In this document: positions 15,485 to 24,713 of the stretch, one piece after another | How positions within the stretch are numbered: the stretch's first letter is position 1 | How the letters are laid out: the number at the start of each line of letters is the position of its first letter | Origin: a virus | Reading direction: 5' to 3' (one strand) | IMG/VR virus record: IMGVR_UViG_3300032249_000861 | Coordinates: 1-64,000 of that record | Length of the DNA: 64,000 bases | Notes under the pieces: generated by a model | Databases searched by the model: none | What the model saw: only the letters and a program-made list of their open reading frames with translations | What the model was told of the DNA's origin: nothing | Translations under genes and position numbers: made by a program

Positions 15485-17683
15485 ATGGCTAACAGAAAAA
15501 CAAAAAACGAAGTTATCAAAGATGCTAATATCATCCCAGAGGACGCTTACGTCACATGGGGTGATGATTTGGCCAGTAAGCAAGAAGCTTTAAAAGCATC
15601 TGCTTCATCTTTAGACGAATTTACCTTAGTAGAAAGAGCTGTTGCTGCTGGCGGCAGAAGATATAGCTTAGACTTTTCTAATTTAGATGGTCAAACAGGA
15701 AGTCGTCCAGGGTTAACCAAATCGGATTACTATACTTTTCGTCCACAAGAAGCTCCTCCTAATCAAATAAAAGCTATCTTACGTAGAGCAGATGAGGTTT
15801 ATCAGCGTGTGGGCTTGGTTAAAAATGTTATAGATTTGATGGGTGATTTTGCTAGTCAGGGCATCAGGCTTGTTCATCGGAATAAAAGAATCGAAAGATT
15901 TTATAGACAGTGGTTTAAAAAAATTAGCGGTAAAGATCGTAGCGAAAGATTTCTTAATAATATATACAAAAGTGGTAATATAGTTATTGATCGTAGAACA
16001 GCAAAAATAAGTGTTAAGGTTGCAGATAAGCTTTATAGGGCCTTGGGTTCTGCCGATATGCAATTGGCAGATATTCCAGAAGTGTCTGTAGAAAAAAGAG
16101 AGATCCCTTGGAAATACACATTTATTGACCCTGTTTGTGTAGAGGTTGCTGCCGGGGCACTATCTTCATTTGTTAGCAACAAGACTTATGAATTACAATT
16201 ACCGCCATCATTACGAAGAATTATTAACAGTCCAAAAACAGAAGCTGAAAAGGCTGTTGTTTTAGGATTACCAGAACAGATAATAGAAGCGGCAAAAGCC
16301 AAGAAGCCGTATCCTCTTGATCCTAATAAAACCCTTGTTTTTCATTATAAGAAAGACGATTGGCAGTCATGGGCCTATCCTATGATTTATGCTATCATGG
16401 ACGATATTACTGTTATTGAAAAGCTTAAACTAGCAGATATGGCTGCTCTTGACGGAGCTATTAGTAATATTCGTATATTCAAACTAGGTAATCTAGAACA
16501 TAAAATAGCACCCACCAGAGCAGCTACTGCTAAACTAGCTAGTATCTTAGGTAATAATGTTGGTGGCGGTACTATGGATTTGATTTGGGGGCCAGATATT
16601 GAATTAGTCGAATCAAATACTAATGTTCACAATTTTCTTGGAGAGGGCAAATATATTCCTCACTTGAATTCAGTATATGCTGGATTGGGAATTCCTCCAA
16701 CACTAACAGGAACATTCGGTGCTGCTGGAACAACAAATAATTTCATTTCGCTAAAGACCCTTACTCAAAGACTACAATATGGTAGAGATGTTTTAATACA
16801 ATTTTGGGAACAAGAAATTGCAATTGTACAGAAAGCAATGGGTTTTAAATATCCTGCCAAGATTGAATTTGACAGAATGGATCTTAGTAATGAAGATAGT
16901 GAAAAAGCATTATTAATACAACTAGCTGATAGAAATGTTATTAGTGATGAGCTATTACAAACAAGATTTGGTTTTGATCCAGATATTGAGAGATCAAGAC
17001 TTAATCGTGAAAGCAGAGATAGAGCAGCCGAAAGAATGATACCAAAATCTGGTCCATGGCATGATCCACAATTTGAAAATGCTTTGCGTAAAATTTCTTT
17101 ACAGCTTGGTATAGCTGCTCCTAGTCAAGTTGGTCTTGAGCTAGATCCTAAAAAGTCTGGAGAAAAAAATGCTCTAGAATTAAAACAGGCTTTAACTCCT
17201 CCTAAAATACCGCCAGGATCAACTAATCCGTCACAAGATAAGCTTCCCAAAGAACCCGGAGAAGGAAGACCTAAACTATCTAAAGACAGCGAACAGCGAA
17301 AGGACAGAAAATTTAGTCCAAGAACAGGGGCTTCATTAAGACTATGGGCTACAGCAGCACAAGAAGATATTGGAGGTATTATTAATCCAATCTTATTAGA
17401 ATTTTTTAATAAAAAGAATATTCGTAGCTTATCCAATATAGAAAATAAACAATTAGAAGATTTAAAAACAAATATACTGTTTCAATTTAATCCATACTCT
17501 AGTATTAGTGAAGCAGAAATAGTTAAACAGATCAGTGAACCTATTGACCATAATTTAATTAATAACTATTATAGTTGGTTAAAATTAATTTCAATAGATA
17601 TAAACAGAGAATTAACAGTTGACGAAATCAAACAAGCTAAGGCTTCTTTCTATGATATGGTGTATAACCAGTCAGCCAAATAA
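15485..17683 (+). CDS. Portal protein
   Basis: Large ORF directly after TerL; helical character; low-complexity C-terminal region with GRP motif. Confidence 0.8.
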   Translation: MANRKTKNEVIKDANIIPEDAYVTWGDDLASKQEALKASASSLDEFTLVERAVAAGGRRYSLDFSNLDGQTGSRPGLTKSDYYTFRPQEAPPNQIKAILRRADEVYQRVGLVKNVIDLMGDFASQGIRLVHRNKRIERFYRQWFKKISGKDRSERFLNNIYKSGNIVIDRRTAKISVKVADKLYRALGSADMQLADIPEVSVEKREIPWKYTFIDPVCVEVAAGALSSFVSNKTYELQLPPSLRRIINSPKTEAEKAVVLGLPEQIIEAAKAKKPYPLDPNKTLVFHYKKDDWQSWAYPMIYAIMDDITVIEKLKLADMAALDGAISNIRIFKLGNLEHKIAPTRAATAKLASILGNNVGGGTMDLIWGPDIELVESNTNVHNFLGEGKYIPHLNSVYAGLGIPPTLTGTFGAAGTTNNFISLKTLTQRLQYGRDVLIQFWEQEIAIVQKAMGFKYPAKIEFDRMDLSNEDSEKALLIQLADRNVISDELLQTRFGFDPDIERSRLNRESRDRAAERMIPKSGPWHDPQFENALRKISLQLGIAAPSQVGLELDPKKSGEKNALELKQALTPPKIPPGSTNPSQDKLPKEPGEGRPKLSKDSEQRKDRKFSPRTGASLRLWATAAQEDIGGIINPILLEFFNKKNIRSLSNIENKQLEDLKTNILFQFNPYSSISEAEIVKQISEPIDHNLINNYYSWLKLISIDINRELTVDEIKQAKASFYDMVYNQSAK

Positions 17684-17697
17684 CTAAGGTAAAAACT

Positions 17698-19254
17698 ATG
17701 CAAATATTTGAACAAGAAAAAGCAGATGGTTTAGCTTCGGCTCTTCAAGCATCCTCCTCAATTTCTTATGCTAGTGTGGCATTGCCATACAACGGAGCGA
17801 ATAAAGATGTTAAATATCTAAAGAGCATAGCCTCGTTTAGTGATGAAGATCTATACTATGTTCAGTCCATTCTAGTATCGTCATCATGGAATAAAAATGA
17901 TGATATATTTGATAAACTAGAAGTATGGAATGCTAGAAATACTCCAGAACATAAGCCCACTAATCTCGAACATAATGAAGAAACTATTATCGGTCATATT
18001 ATTTCTAATTGGCCAATTACAGAAGATGGCATACTAATCGACGAAAATACTCCAATAGATAATTTACCAGAAAAATACCATATATTAACTGGTTCTGTTA
18101 TTTATAAAGGCTTTACTACTCCAGAACTCAGAGAAAGATCAGAGAAGCTGATTGCAGAAATCGAAGATGGATCAAAGTACGTTAGTATGGAATGTTTCTT
18201 TAAGGGATTTGATTATGGTGTTTTAAATAAAGCTAGCGGAGAATATAAAATTCTCGGTAGAAATAACGAGACAGCATATCTTACCAAATATCTAAGAGCA
18301 TATGGTGGTCTTGGAGAACATGAAGACTATAAAATAGGCAGAGTTCTAAGAAATATTACCTTTACTGGTAAGGGTTATGTTGACAAACCAGCCAATCAAG
18401 ATAGTATAATCTTTTCTAAGAATATGATCATTAAACCAGAACCAGAACCAGAAACAATAATTGATAATTTTGAAGAAAAAAATGAAGAAATTGTCAATTC
18501 AGGTGTATTAAATTTTCAATCCAATACTAATTCGGAGATTTTAACTATGAGTGCAGCTAAAGAAGGGGTTGTAATGAATAATTCAGAAACTACAACAGAA
18601 GTCGTTGCGCAAGTGACTGAGCTTAAAACAGCAAACGAAAAACTACAAGCAGAACTCGCAGGAGTCGTGGCTGCTAAAGACAGTGAGATTGCTCAGATCA
18701 AAGAGCAGGCTGCACAATTACTTGCACAAGAAATCGAGAAGCTTCAAACAGAAATGTTGGCTGAGGCTGCCAAAAAAATGGATGAAGAAAAGAAAGCTAA
18801 AGACGAAGAAATGACAAAAGTCAAGTCTGAGCTTGATGCCGCTAATGAAGTCATTGCTGGCTATAAAATGAAAGAAGAAGAGATGGCCAAGAAAGAAAAG
18901 AAAATGAAACGTATGGCTTCTCTTGTTGAGGTTGGCTTTGATAACGAAGCAGCCTCTGCTACAGTAGATAAGTTTGAGTCTCTTGATGATGTTTCTTTTG
19001 AGGCTATGACATCACTCTTTGCTGGCAAATTACCTCCTTGGTTAAACAAGAAGGATAAAGAAGACGACAAAGAGAAGAAAGATAAGCCCAAAGCCTCGTC
19101 TGATAATGCCGATTCCCAGGTTTTGGAGCAGGCTGAAGAAGATGAGTCTGTTAATTTGAGCGTCGGCAGCGAAACAGAATCCCAAGTGGATTCAACAAGA
19201 GCTGCTTTGGTCGAATTCGTATGTAGCAAACTAGGCAAAAAGAATAACAAATAA
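17698..19254 (+). CDS. Prohead protease fused to a coiled-coil scaffold
   Basis: WNKNDDIF, P-x-NLEH...IIGH, VSMEC, G-x-GYVDKPAN; C-terminal E/K/A-rich coiled coil. Confidence 0.8.
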   Translation: MQIFEQEKADGLASALQASSSISYASVALPYNGANKDVKYLKSIASFSDEDLYYVQSILVSSSWNKNDDIFDKLEVWNARNTPEHKPTNLEHNEETIIGHIISNWPITEDGILIDENTPIDNLPEKYHILTGSVIYKGFTTPELRERSEKLIAEIEDGSKYVSMECFFKGFDYGVLNKASGEYKILGRNNETAYLTKYLRAYGGLGEHEDYKIGRVLRNITFTGKGYVDKPANQDSIIFSKNMIIKPEPEPETIIDNFEEKNEEIVNSGVLNFQSNTNSEILTMSAAKEGVVMNNSETTTEVVAQVTELKTANEKLQAELAGVVAAKDSEIAQIKEQAAQLLAQEIEKLQTEMLAEAAKKMDEEKKAKDEEMTKVKSELDAANEVIAGYKMKEEEMAKKEKKMKRMASLVEVGFDNEAASATVDKFESLDDVSFEAMTSLFAGKLPPWLNKKDKEDDKEKKDKPKASSDNADSQVLEQAEEDESVNLSVGSETESQVDSTRAALVEFVCSKLGKKNNK

Positions 19255-19278
19255 CTCACTTTTAATGGAGATTTTACA

Positions 19279-19737
19279 ATGGCTCTAAAACCAGATCGTG
19301 TTGAACTTTTAACTGATGTTTCCTTTTTCATGAACACAACAGCCGAGCGTGGTGGTGTTGTCAGTGTTGTAACAGCCACCAGCGGTGTTGGCGTTTCAAT
19401 GGACGACGCTAATGCTGTTGTTGCTTATGCTGCGGTTGCTTCTGGCGCCAAGCCAGTTGGACTACTAATGAATGATGTTGTTAATCTTGACCTAACAAGA
19501 CAACACATCAACTGGCACAAAGACGAGACACAAGTTGGTGGCAAGGTCACCGTGCTTCGTGTTGGTCAGGTTACAACAAATATGTTAGTTGCTAACACAA
19601 CACCTTCCGCTGGTGCTGATGCTTATGTTGGTGCTAATGGTTTAATTGGTACAAGCAGTACTAATGCTGTTAAAGTTGGTCAATTCCTTAGTGCTAAAGA
19701 TACCGACGGTTACGTCAAAGTATCAGTTAACCTTTAA
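19279..19737 (+). CDS. Capsid decoration/cement protein
   Basis: Position between scaffold and capsid genes; beta-rich, 152 aa. Confidence 0.65.
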   Translation: MALKPDRVELLTDVSFFMNTTAERGGVVSVVTATSGVGVSMDDANAVVAYAAVASGAKPVGLLMNDVVNLDLTRQHINWHKDETQVGGKVTVLRVGQVTTNMLVANTTPSAGADAYVGANGLIGTSSTNAVKVGQFLSAKDTDGYVKVSVNL

Positions 19738-19766
19738 TCATTTTTTAATAACAGGGAGATAAAAAC

Positions 19767-20777
19767 ATGTCAGCCAAAACCGAAAGATTTCAACCCACAC
19801 CAGAGTTAACAGATCTTCTTGTTCGTTCTGGTTCACCAAATAGAGAGGTCGCTCTTGCTGCTAATGCTGAATTTGCAAAAGCTCTTGAACTACCTCTTCG
19901 CAGAGGAGTTTTAAGTGGAGATATCCTAGACGGTATTTTCGAGCCAATTCAATTAGCTCAAAGTGCTACTCCAGAGTTTCCTCTTGATTTTCTAGCTCCT
20001 GGCACAGAGAAAGACTTTGTTGCCTATACTATTCCTAACCATGGATATATTCCAGAGCGTCATGTTGAAGGCGATTACGTCATGGTGCCAACATATGATG
20101 TTGGTGCATCTATCGACTATCTCCTAAAGTATGCCCGCGATGCTCGTTGGGACGTTGTTGGCCGTGCTATGGAAGTTCTAGAAGCTTCTTTTGTTAAGAA
20201 GATGAATGACGACGGTTGGCACACTATCATGGCTGCTGGTATTGATCGCAATATCGTAGTATATGATAGCGATGCAAATTCAAGTCAATTCACCAAGAGA
20301 CTAGTTAGTCTCATGAAGACTGTTATGCGTCGAAATGGTGGTGGTAATAGTACCAGTGCCAATAGAGGTCTACTAACAGATCTTTATGTTTCTCCAGAAG
20401 CCATGGAAGACATTCGTAACTGGGGTCTAGATCAAGTTGACGAAGTTACTCGTAGAGAAATCTACACAGCTGCTGATGGCAGTCTTAACAGAGTATTCGG
20501 CGTAAATCTTCACGATCTAGATGAACTAGGTGTTGGACAACAGTATCAGTTGTTCTACTCCAATACTCTCGGAGCAAGTCTTCCAGCAGGCAAGACCGAG
20601 GTTGTTGTTGGTCTTGACCTTCGTAAGAGAGACAGTTTTATTATGCCAGTTCGTCAAGAAGTTCAGATCTTTGAAGACGATACACTACATCGTCAGAAGA
20701 GAGCTGGTTTCTACGGCTGGGCCGAACTAGGCTTTGCTGTTCTTGACAACCGCAGAGTTCTTGTTGGCGCACTATAA
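19767..20777 (+). CDS. Major capsid protein (HK97 fold inferred)
   Basis: Synteny, size, strong RBS, terminator downstream, C-terminal GFYGWAELGFAVLD. Confidence 0.85.
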   Translation: MSAKTERFQPTPELTDLLVRSGSPNREVALAANAEFAKALELPLRRGVLSGDILDGIFEPIQLAQSATPEFPLDFLAPGTEKDFVAYTIPNHGYIPERHVEGDYVMVPTYDVGASIDYLLKYARDARWDVVGRAMEVLEASFVKKMNDDGWHTIMAAGIDRNIVVYDSDANSSQFTKRLVSLMKTVMRRNGGGNSTSANRGLLTDLYVSPEAMEDIRNWGLDQVDEVTRREIYTAADGSLNRVFGVNLHDLDELGVGQQYQLFYSNTLGASLPAGKTEVVVGLDLRKRDSFIMPVRQEVQIFEDDTLHRQKRAGFYGWAELGFAVLDNRRVLVGAL

Positions 20778-20806
20778 TTTAGTGATTGTCAATCATTAAT
20801 CAAAAG

Positions 20807-20843
20807 AAGATGGGCCAGTATTCTCTGGCCTGTCTTTTTTTTT
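20807..20843 (+). terminator. Intrinsic terminator after the capsid gene
   Basis: AAGATGGGCCAG-loop-CTGGCCTGTCTT followed by a T-run. Confidence 0.85.
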
Positions 20844-20877
20844 ATACATATGCTTTTCAGCATAGTTATAGTTTCAA

Positions 20878-20887
20878 GGTGTATTAA
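20878..20887 (+). promoter_or_regulatory. Putative late promoter GGTGTATTAA
   Basis: Identical 10-mer at 18502, 27283 and 31307; variants at 15431, 17659 and 35811. Confidence 0.65.
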
Positions 20888-20927
20888 ACTATGAATATCT
20901 TACATAAAAATCTATTTAAGGCAGATT

Positions 20928-21329
20928 ATGGCAGCTAGTAAATACGATTTTATTATCGAACAAGGATCGTCTTTTAAGTTAACACTAATTTATAAAGACG
21001 AGAACGGTACCATTATCGACTTGACTAACTGGTGCGCCAGATTTACCTGGAAAACAAATACAAATATTACACAAGTTTTTACTACTGATAACTTAGACTA
21101 TAGTGTATATAAGTTTACAATAGAACCAGAAATTGGCAAGCTTACACTATTGATTCCCGCAAGCACAACCAATTCTTTTACTTTTAATACAGCTAAATAC
21201 GATTTAGAACTTCAAAGCGATTACGATTTATACACAGGAGGAGGTAAGTATATTAGCCGTTTGCTTTTTGGAACAGCAACTATTGGCAAGAGATTCAGTC
21301 AATCCACAGATTTACTGGAATGTGAATAA
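20928..21329 (+). CDS. Virion structural protein (IEQGS-type adaptor domain)
   Basis: Paralogous to the N-terminus of 31874..32881 (YxFIIEQGS...AxYDL). Confidence 0.6.
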   Translation: MAASKYDFIIEQGSSFKLTLIYKDENGTIIDLTNWCARFTWKTNTNITQVFTTDNLDYSVYKFTIEPEIGKLTLLIPASTTNSFTFNTAKYDLELQSDYDLYTGGGKYISRLLFGTATIGKRFSQSTDLLECE

Positions 21330-21332
21330 TTT

Positions 21333-21560
21333 ATGAGTAATTTTACATTAGAGATTTTTGATACTAAACATACCGTTGAGATAGAAACCACCATAGCTGA
21401 TACTGTTAATAATTTATTTATTGAGACGTCCTCTGATAAAAGTGTAGATATAACTGTTGGATATATAGGCGCTGTTGTGTATGCTAGTGATATCGTCGGT
21501 TTGGATTCATACTTAACAAATTTCATAGATCACCACAATATTGATTGTGGTTCACCATAA
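21333..21560 (+). CDS. Small virion protein ending in IDCGSP
   Basis: ORF track; C-terminus resembles IDGGTP of the next gene. Confidence 0.55.
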   Translation: MSNFTLEIFDTKHTVEIETTIADTVNNLFIETSSDKSVDITVGYIGAVVYASDIVGLDSYLTNFIDHHNIDCGSP

Positions 21561-21578
21561 TAACTAGGAGATGACATA

Positions 21579-23750
21579 ATGGCTGTTCAAACATTAATTC
21601 AGGTTCGTAGAGGCACAGCAAGCGAATGGAGAATAGCCAATTCAACACTAAGTGCTGGTGAATGGGGTTTTGAAACAGACTCAAAAAGATATAAGATAGG
21701 TGATGGTCTAACATCATGGAATAGTTTGCCCTACTCGTCTATATTACCATCATCTAGTGATCTTTCTGGAGTAAGCGGCATAGGCGTATCGTTTACTGCA
21801 AACTCTGGCGTACCTGTTACTATTGCTGTTACTGGTATTAGCTCATCACAAGTTACTAATTTTAATAGTTCCGTAAGCGGCCTATTGCCAGTTAAAAGTA
21901 TCTTAGCAGGAAATAACATTACTGTTACTCCTACTGGTGATAATGGGTTTGTTATTAGCTCTCCAGTAAATGAAGATACTGTTAAAGACATTATCGGCTC
22001 CACCATTGTTGGCGTGAGCGGTATTAGAGCAAGTTACGACAGTGTTAATAAAATAGAGACCATCTCAGTTACTGGATTGACTAGTTCATATATCGGAGAC
22101 TTTAATACTGCAGTAAGTGGACTATTAGGAGTTAAAAGTCTGATTCAAGGTACTGGCATAGGTATTTCGAATGCCGGAGGAAACCAGACAATTAGTATTA
22201 CTGGTATTCCAACATCTTTGATCACCAACTTTGCTAGTGGTGTTAATACTCTTATTGATAATGCTGTTAGTGCAAGTATTGTTGGAGGTAGCGGTGTTGA
22301 TATTGTATACAATAGTGGCACAAATACTCTTACTATTAGTAGTGCTCTAACTGCAGGCAGTGGAATAGCATTAACTCATAATAGTGGTAATTATGTTGTT
22401 AGTCTAAGTGATCCTACCATTCAGCTATCAGAGATTACAGACCTGTCAGCTAACGCTAGAAGCTTTTTACTAACACCAAGCAGTAACAATCTTTCAGCTC
22501 TAGTTAGTGACGAAACAGGAACAGGTCCTCTAGTATTTGCTAATAATCCAACAATGAGTGGAGTTACTGTTAACGGTAATCTTACTGTTAGTGGTAGTGG
22601 ATTAGTGGCCAGTAATGTTAACGACTTTAATACTGCTGTAAGAACTAATCGTTTAGATCAAATGGCTGTTCCTACAGGTGATGTATCGTTCAATAGTGTT
22701 AAGATCACTAGTTTAGCGGATCCAGTTAGTGCCCAAGACGCTGCTACAAAGTCCTATGTTGATGCTGCCCGAATGGGTCTTGATGTTAAAGAGAGTGTCA
22801 GAGTTGCCACAACGGCAAACTTAACACTATCTGGAACACAAACTATTGATGGAGTATCTCTTTCAGCTGGTGATAGAGTATTAGTTAAAAATCAGAGTAC
22901 AGCTAGCCAAAATGGTATTTACGTAGTGGCCGCTGGAGTTTGGGGTAGAGCTTCTGATGCTGATATTAGTGCAGAAGTAACAGCCGGTATGTTTACTTTC
23001 GTGGCCGAAGGTACTGTTAATGCTGATAGTGGATGGGTATTAACAACGAACGATACCATCACTCTTGGCACAACAAGTCTAACATTTGCTCAATTCTCTG
23101 GAGCAGGCCAGATAACTGCTGGTGCTGGTTTAACAAAGAATGGTAATACTATAGACGCTGTTGGTACAGCTGGTCGTATAGTTGTTAATGCTGACAATAT
23201 TGATCTTGATACAGTAAGCCAAACAGACGGGAGTGGTTCGGCTGGTACTAGTTTTGTACAGAGTGTTACTAGAGATTCTTATGGACGAGTAACCGGAGTA
23301 ACAACAGCCTCGGTACAAGACGCCACGACTTCTGCTAAAGGTATAGCTAGTTTTGATAGTGGAGATTTTAGTGTTGCTTCTGGCTCTGTTAGTATCAAGG
23401 CTAGCGGTGTTGATAACTCTCAGTTAGTCAACAGCGCTGTTACAATTGGTTCAACATCAGTTAGTCTTGGAGGAAGCGTAACTTCTGTATCAGGATTGAC
23501 TAGTGTTGCTAGTACGTCATTCGTTGGTGATTTGACAGGTACTGCTACTAATGCTAATAATATTGAAGTTGATCTTAGTACAAGTAATGTGAATAATCTT
23601 GTCTTTGTTAATGGCACAGATGGTAATCTTAAGCCTAGTGTTAATAATAATTTAAGATTTAATGCGTCAGCTAATGAGTTACTAGGTTCATCAAATACAA
23701 CCCCAGCAACAACACTGAAGTATTTTATTATCGATGGAGGCACACCATAA
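21579..23750 (+). CDS. Tail/head fibre protein with Mtd-N/hyaluronidase-like N-terminus
   Basis: IQVRRGTASEW...GEWGFETD...KIGDG; DAATKSYVD; GDRVLVKNQ...NGIYV fibre module. Confidence 0.8.
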   Translation: MAVQTLIQVRRGTASEWRIANSTLSAGEWGFETDSKRYKIGDGLTSWNSLPYSSILPSSSDLSGVSGIGVSFTANSGVPVTIAVTGISSSQVTNFNSSVSGLLPVKSILAGNNITVTPTGDNGFVISSPVNEDTVKDIIGSTIVGVSGIRASYDSVNKIETISVTGLTSSYIGDFNTAVSGLLGVKSLIQGTGIGISNAGGNQTISITGIPTSLITNFASGVNTLIDNAVSASIVGGSGVDIVYNSGTNTLTISSALTAGSGIALTHNSGNYVVSLSDPTIQLSEITDLSANARSFLLTPSSNNLSALVSDETGTGPLVFANNPTMSGVTVNGNLTVSGSGLVASNVNDFNTAVRTNRLDQMAVPTGDVSFNSVKITSLADPVSAQDAATKSYVDAARMGLDVKESVRVATTANLTLSGTQTIDGVSLSAGDRVLVKNQSTASQNGIYVVAAGVWGRASDADISAEVTAGMFTFVAEGTVNADSGWVLTTNDTITLGTTSLTFAQFSGAGQITAGAGLTKNGNTIDAVGTAGRIVVNADNIDLDTVSQTDGSGSAGTSFVQSVTRDSYGRVTGVTTASVQDATTSAKGIASFDSGDFSVASGSVSIKASGVDNSQLVNSAVTIGSTSVSLGGSVTSVSGLTSVASTSFVGDLTGTATNANNIEVDLSTSNVNNLVFVNGTDGNLKPSVNNNLRFNASANELLGSSNTTPATTLKYFIIDGGTP

Positions 23751-23823
23751 TCGATTTTATACTTTAACCCATTGTTCATACAACCATAACCAAATCCCTT
23801 ATTTTTGAAATAGGCATAATAAC

Positions 23824-24696
23824 ATGAGTGGTAAATTCTTTATCGTTAATGGACAAGCAAAGACTTTTCCACCAAAACCACCATCTCCTCCGCTATCGTC
23901 CTTACCGGCGATGACGGTAGGGGGTTGGGGAGATCCACATATTTATATTACTACTAGCTCTGTAGATTCCAAAAACAGAACAAGTACTAAAACTATAGCT
24001 CAGGTTGGAGATAATAAGCCTGGATCAGCTGGAAATAATGAACTTATTTTATTAGATCTACAAACAACAACAGATACTATTAAAATTTATTATACCAACA
24101 AACCATGGCAGAATACCACTGCTAAAATTATAGACTCTATTAAAGTAGAACATAATACTGTCTCAACAATATATAGTGATACTACTAAAGTAGTCATTGG
24201 TCCAGTAACTCTAAGTATTGTTAAAGTTGGATCCGGAGTAAATGGTTATTTGAACTTTGAGACAACTTGGGCCAAAATCAATAATATTATTAAATTAGGA
24301 GGGGCCATAGTACCTATTCTTAAAAGAGTGGCTAATAGTAATGGAAAACTCTGGAATGGTGGAGACGGAGTATCATGGGACGGTATTGGAAAAGCAGCAG
24401 CTCCTTATGGGTTAAATAGAAGTAACTTTGAAACTGGTGTTGGAATTCAAGGCTTAGAAGAAGAACTAGTATTATCAGAGAAAGAAGCTGAATTTTTAGA
24501 AGTTGCAGCAGAAAACTTTACTCAAAATAGCGATGCTTTAGAGATTTATCAAGATAGCGACGGCGCCCCTGTTGCAACATGGGATGATGGTACTGGGCCA
24601 GCTAGGGCAATGCATTCTCTTCCTGGTGGACTAACGAGCGTAGCTGATGGGACTTATGTTGTGACTTTTGCCACTAATGTAAATTATATTCCATAA
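23824..24696 (+). CDS. Virion-associated protein with a GDPH (VWD-like) motif
   Basis: GGWGDPH after a Pro-rich linker. Confidence 0.55.
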   Translation: MSGKFFIVNGQAKTFPPKPPSPPLSSLPAMTVGGWGDPHIYITTSSVDSKNRTSTKTIAQVGDNKPGSAGNNELILLDLQTTTDTIKIYYTNKPWQNTTAKIIDSIKVEHNTVSTIYSDTTKVVIGPVTLSIVKVGSGVNGYLNFETTWAKINNIIKLGGAIVPILKRVANSNGKLWNGGDGVSWDGIGKAAAPYGLNRSNFETGVGIQGLEEELVLSEKEAEFLEVAAENFTQNSDALEIYQDSDGAPVATWDDGTGPARAMHSLPGGLTSVADGTYVVTFATNVNYIP

Positions 24697-24713
24697 TAAT
24701 ATATAGATAGAAC

